The notes beneath the pieces were generated by a model that did not search any database, was not told where the DNA came from, and worked only from the letters and a program-made list of their open reading frames with translations. Both the position numbers and the translations under genes were made by a program. Shown here in pieces: positions 58,810 to 64,000 of a stretch of DNA of 64,000 bases. How positions within the stretch are numbered: position 1 is the stretch's first letter; every line of letters starts with the position of its first letter. This DNA comes from Squalus acanthias (taxonomy: Eukaryota): assembly GCA_030390025.1 (NCBI GenBank), contig JASTWF010000360.1, positions 372,001 to 436,000 on the forward strand, read 5' to 3'.

Positions 58810-59848
58810 GCCCACTGTTAACCCCTGCCCCTCAGTTACCCTTGCCCCTCCCACTGTTAACCCCGCCCCTCAGTTACCCTTGACCCTCCCACTGTTAACC
58901 CCGCCCCTCAGTTACCCTTGACACTCCCACTGTTAACCCCACCCCTCAGTTACCCTTGACCCTCCCACTGTTAACCCCGCCCCTCAGTTACCCTTGACCC
59001 TCCCACTGTTAACCCCGCCCCTCAGTTACCGTTGACCCTCCCACTGTAACCCTGCCCCTCAGTTACCCTTGACCCTCCCACTGTTAACCCGCCCCTCAGT
59101 TACCCTTGACCCTCCCACTATTAACCCGCCCCTCAGTTACTCTTGACCCTCCCACTGTTAACCCCGCCCCTCAGTTACCCTTGACCCTCCCACTGTTAAC
59201 CCCGCCCCTCACAGTTACCCTTGACCCTCCCACTGTTAACCCCGCCCCTCACAGTTACCCTTGACCCTCCCACTGTTAACCCCGCCCCTCACAGTTACCC
59301 TTGACCCTCCCACTGTTAACCCCGCCCCTCAGTTACCCTTGACCCTCCCACTGTTAACCCCGCCCCTCAGTTACCCTTGACCCTCCCACTGTTAACCCCA
59401 CCCCTCAGTTACCCTTGACCCTCCCACTGTTAACCCTGCCCCTCAGTTACCCTTGACCCTCCCACTGTTAACACCGCCCCTCAGTTACCCTTGACCCTCC
59501 CACTGTTAACCCCGCCCCTCACAGTTACCCTTGACCCTCCCACTGTTAACCCCTCCCCTCAGTTACCCTTGACCCTCCCACTGTTAACCCTGCCCCTCAG
59601 TTACCCTTGACCCTCCCACTGTTAACACCGCCCCTCAGTTACCCTTGACCCTCCCACTGTTAACCCCACCCCTCAGTTACCCTTGACCCTCCCACTGTTA
59701 ACCCCGCCCCTCAATTACCCTTGACCCTCCCACTGTTAACCCCACCCCTCAGTTACCCTTGACCCTCCCACTGTTAACCCTGCCCCTCAGTTACCCTTGA
59801 CCCTCCCACTGTTAACCCTGCCCCTCAGACTGTTAACCCCTCCCCCTC
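58810..59848 (+). repeat. 38/40-bp minisatellite (CCCTCAGTTACCCTTGACCCTCCCACTGTTAACCCCGC)
   Basis: About 27 tandem units, preceded by a short L2-like remnant (58730-58810). Confidence 0.93.
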
Positions 59849-60097
59849 TGTGTTAAAAGTGTGGAAGTTTTCCTGACTGATTTTTAAGAAGTTAACATAT
59901 TTCTTTTGTCTGAAAGTGTCTTTGAATGAAAGTGTCTGTCGTTTGTTTTAGCTCCACCTGCTTCTCTGTGCAGAGCGCTAAAAGCCAGTTAACCCTTTGT
60001 AGTCTTGTCTTGGATGTTGGAAGTTTTAAGAGAGGGTGGATATGTTACTTATGCTAATTTCAATTTAAGATTGTGCACCTAGAAGTGGGAGAAACTT

Positions 60098-60548
60098 CGG
60101 CTCCGCCATTCAATATGATCATGGCTGATCCTCTATCTCAATACCATATTCCAGCTCTCTCCCCATACCCCTTGATGCCTTTTGTGTCTAAAAATCTATC
60201 TATCTCCTTCTTAAATATATTCAGTGACTTGGCCTCCACAGCCTTCTGTGGTAGAGAATTCCACAGGTTCACCACCCTCTGAGTGAAGAAATTTCTCCTC
60301 ATCTCAGTCCGAAATGTCCTACCCCGTATCCTGAGACTGTGACCCCTCGTTCTAGACCCCCCAGCCAGGGGAAACATCCTCCCTGCCTCCAGTCTGTCTA
60401 GTCCTGTCAGAATTTTATGTTTCAATGAGATCCCCTCTCAGTCTTCTAAACTCCAGAGAATATAGGCCTAGTCTATCTCTCCTCATAGGACAATCCCCCC
60501 ATCCCAGGAATCAGTGTGGTGAACCTTCGCTGCACTCCCTCTATGGCT
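60098..60548 (-). mobile_element. CR1 3' fragment
   Basis: ORF 60138-60425. Confidence 0.9.
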
Positions 60549-62330
60549 CTGAGTAAACCTCAGGAATGGGCAGTAGGGAGCCAGGTAATGATACGAAACT
60601 ATGCGAGGGTGGGAGTCTTTGAACCCCTCTACAAGGGGCCGTGTAGCATTGTTGATAAAGCTAGTCCAATGGTGTATGCGATTCAGTTGCCTAAGAAAAT
60701 TAAGTGGTTTCATATTAACCAGATGAAGCTTATTCAGCCCACCAGCAGGTCCAGAAGACAACAAGCCACGATTAGGAGCATGGTGAGACTGAATCATCCG
60801 CTCCAGTGGGATGATGAAGAAAGGGGTGCCTAATGGGACCCAATGAGGCGCCCTTGCCTGAAGGGGCGCCTCCACGGGTATGATCCAAATGAAGGTGGAC
60901 AGGACACGGGAGCTGTAGAGACCTCCTCGACCACAGGGCCGGAACCACCTCCTGTCTGCAAACGAGTCCAACAGACCCCTCCTACCCCACGGCAGCACAG
61001 TAAAAGAAATACAAAGACACCCTTGAAATATCGTCAGTGGTAGGAGTGAGAAAATCGCCCGGTGCGGGTAAAAGAAAAGTAGGAAGCCCCGTTATGTTTC
61101 ATTCTTAAAAAAAAAAATACATCAGTAATGAGAGCCGGAACTAATGGGTGAACATTGAGTGCAAAGCCGGGAGTAACACTCCGTTTTTGTCCCTTATCCC
61201 CACAGGCAGGAAGATAAATAAAATGAAGGAATTATTCTGGCCAATGATCGGGATTCTGCACGATCTTGGAGATTCCACATCAGCCTATTCGGCATACTGG
61301 ACCACCACTAACTATTTTTCCTATAATAGTTCGATTAAGAACTTAAAAAGTAGGAGCAGGAGTTGGCCATTTGGCCCCTCGAGCCTGCTCCGCCATTTAA
61401 TGAGATCATGGCTGATCTGATCTTGGGTTCAGCTCCATTTCCCTGCCCGCTCCCCATAACCCTTCACTCCCTTATTGTTCAAAAATCTGTCCATCTCCAC
61501 CTTAAATATATTCAATGACCCAGACTCCACAGCTCTCTGGGGAAGAGAATTCCACAGATTTATGACCCTCTGAGAGAAGAAATTCCTCCTCATCTCAGTT
61601 TTAAATGGGCGACCCCTTATTCTGAAACTATGCCCCCTAGTTCTAGATTCCCCCATGAGGGGAAACATCTTCTCTGCATCTACCTTGTCGAGCCCCCTCA
61701 GCATCTTCTATCAGTTTCAATAAGATCACCTCTCATTCTTCTAAACTTCAATGAGAATAGGCCCGACCTGCTCAACCTTTCTTCATAAATCAACCCCTTC
61801 ATCTCAGGGGGAAAATAGTACTGAGATCATTGAAAGAAAACGGTGTCGGTTACGGGATTAAAGGGGACTGTATCAGAAGGCGACGGGGTCTGATAAATGA
61901 TGCAGCGACTGTTAGTAGCTTTGGGTTGGTCAGCTTGGATCAATCTGTAAAGGCGGTTAGAAATCGTTCCAGGGAAATTTTTGAACAAAATGAATGGTCT
62001 GGAACAAGAGGAATTGAAGGAGGAACAAATTATGACCATTCATCCGCAGGATGTGGTTAGATATTTAGAATCCCACGCTAAAAAGAGAAACCAAATTTTA
62101 AAGGAGGATTGAAAGGCCTCTAGTGAAGCCGCGGTAAATGAATTGTGTGTAATGTATGGATCTTGGTTAGTGGAACCAGCCCGTGGAAAACCTGCAGAGC
62201 ATTGCTGAGGGGAAGCTACTCTCGTGGGTGACTGATCGACACCTGAGGGCGATGTCCACTTATCAATTTAGCATGAAAATGTGTCAAGTCAGGGGGTTGG
62301 TACAGGTGTACCCGGTGTAAGGGATTCTGA
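60549..62330 (+). mobile_element. Degenerate LTR-retroelement/ERV-like pol 3' end and env-like remnant, interrupted by a CR1
   Basis: VGSQVMIRN...EPLYKGPCSIV...VYAIQL...WFHINQMK resembles an integrase C-terminal GPY/F region. RRRR|GLINDAAT resembles a furin site plus fusion peptide. Confidence 0.5.
61338..61806 (-). mobile_element. CR1 3' fragment
   Basis: ORF 61429-61704 and the CR1 3' UTR. Confidence 0.9.
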
Positions 62331-63716
62331 CCCTGCGTGTCTCGCAGCCTGTGAGATTCACGCGGCTCTGTGCAGCCTGTATGTCAGTGCGGGTCTAGGC
62401 CTTGTTGCCTGTTCTGGTCTCCAGCCAGTCTGGGAACACTAGACACACCTGTGAGTGGTTCGAATCACTCGCCCTTACGGTTCTAGACACTGGACTTAGA
62501 TGCGAGAGCAGTAATGGAGATGAAACTCATGTAGACTCGGTTGAATGGTACGAAATGGAAAATCTTTATTGCATGATATTTAAGATTATGAAATACATGT
62601 CATAAGCACAGATTAATGACAGTACAATCTTACAAGCAGTTATATAGCTGATCTTAGGGAAACGAGGAACGAACGACACACCGTAAATAGGGGCACACAT
62701 TACAGGTATCCTTAATACTTAAACCCTCCCCTATCAATATCTATCCTAACTAGATTCGTAGGATTTCGAGACTCATGCTCACCACTCGTGATAACTCGGA
62801 GAAATTCCGAATAGCTGATCGGATGTTTTTCACCGCAGCACCCACGTGTCGGTCAGGAGATCTCCTGGTCCCACTTGTTTACTTGCTTCTACTCCGGTGT
62901 AGAATTCGCAATATATCGCGATTTTAATAATAAGGAGAAAACACAGAGTTTCGTTCAAACAGCTTTTATTTCAGTAGAATGCTGGCAAGTTTAAAGTGGA
63001 CACAAGCAGCCTGTAAAATGGCCGCCGCACCTCGTGACAGAACATTCTAGACTTTTCAACAGGCAGACAAGATGGCGTTCCAATAAACATTTGTGCAAGA
63101 TCGATTAAGATTCAGCACAGTGAAGATAATACACGAGACATTATGGGTTTGCAGTATAAACATAGATACTGGAATCGGTCTCCCAGGTACAAAGGAAAGC
63201 CATTGTACCGAGTAATCAAGGGCCCATCCAAAAGACATTAATATGTAAAATCCCAACGACTCTACGATGAGAGAGCCGTTAGCAGGTAGTTATACAGGAC
63301 ACTTGGAAGCCCCAAACCCCTCCAGGGAGAACACCGACCGATTTAACAATGGGAGAAATATTAACAGGTACTCAGACATTTACGAGTAGCCCCGAAACCC
63401 ATTAAGAACGGAGATCACCCATACAAGACATTTGGGCGCCAAACCCTAAACAAAAGAATGGACATTATAGTTGGGCGGGAAACGGAAGATTTTGCACTAT
63501 AATTGCAGGCTCCAAACCGTCCATTCTCTCTCTTGCTCCTGTGCTTTTATCCGGTCGATTCGTAACCTCGTGGCTGCTCCTGTGTACTCGTAGTTGGGCT
63601 TCTGCTTGCCTGTTGCCTCTTCTGAAAAGACTGTTGAACTTTCTGATCCGTTCGGATCTACCTCGTGTCGCGTAACGAAGACCTATGTTGGTAACTGGCA
63701 GCGGAACCGAAGGCCC

Positions 63717-63750
63717 GAGATGAGATGAGATGAGATGAGATGAGATGAGA
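63717..63750 (+). repeat. (GAGAT)n microsatellite
   Basis: Six full units plus a partial unit. Confidence 0.9.
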
Positions 63751-64000
63751 AGAGAGGAAGACCATATCCATCGCCACGGTCAGTAAATCCCGACCGCGCC
63801 TGTAGGTCGATTAGCCAAGTTTTCCTCGCCAGGAAGACTTCTTCGAACTTATAACGAAACATATTGCATCGACGATAACTGGACTGTGCCCAAAGTAACT
63901 GGAATGTGAAAGCCACCAACACAGGTCTTCATCACAGCAGACGGTCCAGCCTGCTAGCCGGAGCAGCAGAAGCAAGTAAACAAGTGGGACCAGGAGATCT

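Noticed and set aside
58810..59848. Interstitial telomeric repeat
   Set aside because: Only isolated TAACCC or TGACCC hexamers inside a 38-bp unit; no (TTAGGG)n run.

Overview
Repeat-dominated vertebrate genomic DNA. The repeat content (CR1 and L2 LINEs, Deu-type and V-type SINEs, Penelope-type palindromic tails, two-gene Harbinger) suggests a cartilaginous fish; this is an inference. Nearly all long ORFs in the supplied track are artefacts of tandem repeats. Main content: (1) a large inverted duplication across 1-25 kb (arms about 1-11570 and 14747-25000+) carrying a CCAAT/YY1 CpG-island promoter, a 21-bp GATA+GC-box array and several minisatellites. (2) Five minisatellite families (36/37, 33, 42, 21 and 38 bp); three can be traced in place to their parent retroposons (L2 ORF2, Deu-SINE body, CR1 3' UTR). 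(3) Four Harbinger-family elements in 35.5-52.2 kb, including a full-length copy with an intact DDE transposase and a 3-exon Myb/SANT gene. (4) A FAM111-family trypsin-like protease gene (main exon 56926-58691) with a single 1-bp frameshift and a candidate NRF1/CHR/YY1 promoter near 52.7 kb. (5) A minimal hammerhead ribozyme motif in a Penelope-type tail. (6) Retroviral-like integrase/env remnants and an inverted repeat at the right edge. Everything was read by eye and repeat boundaries are approximate.
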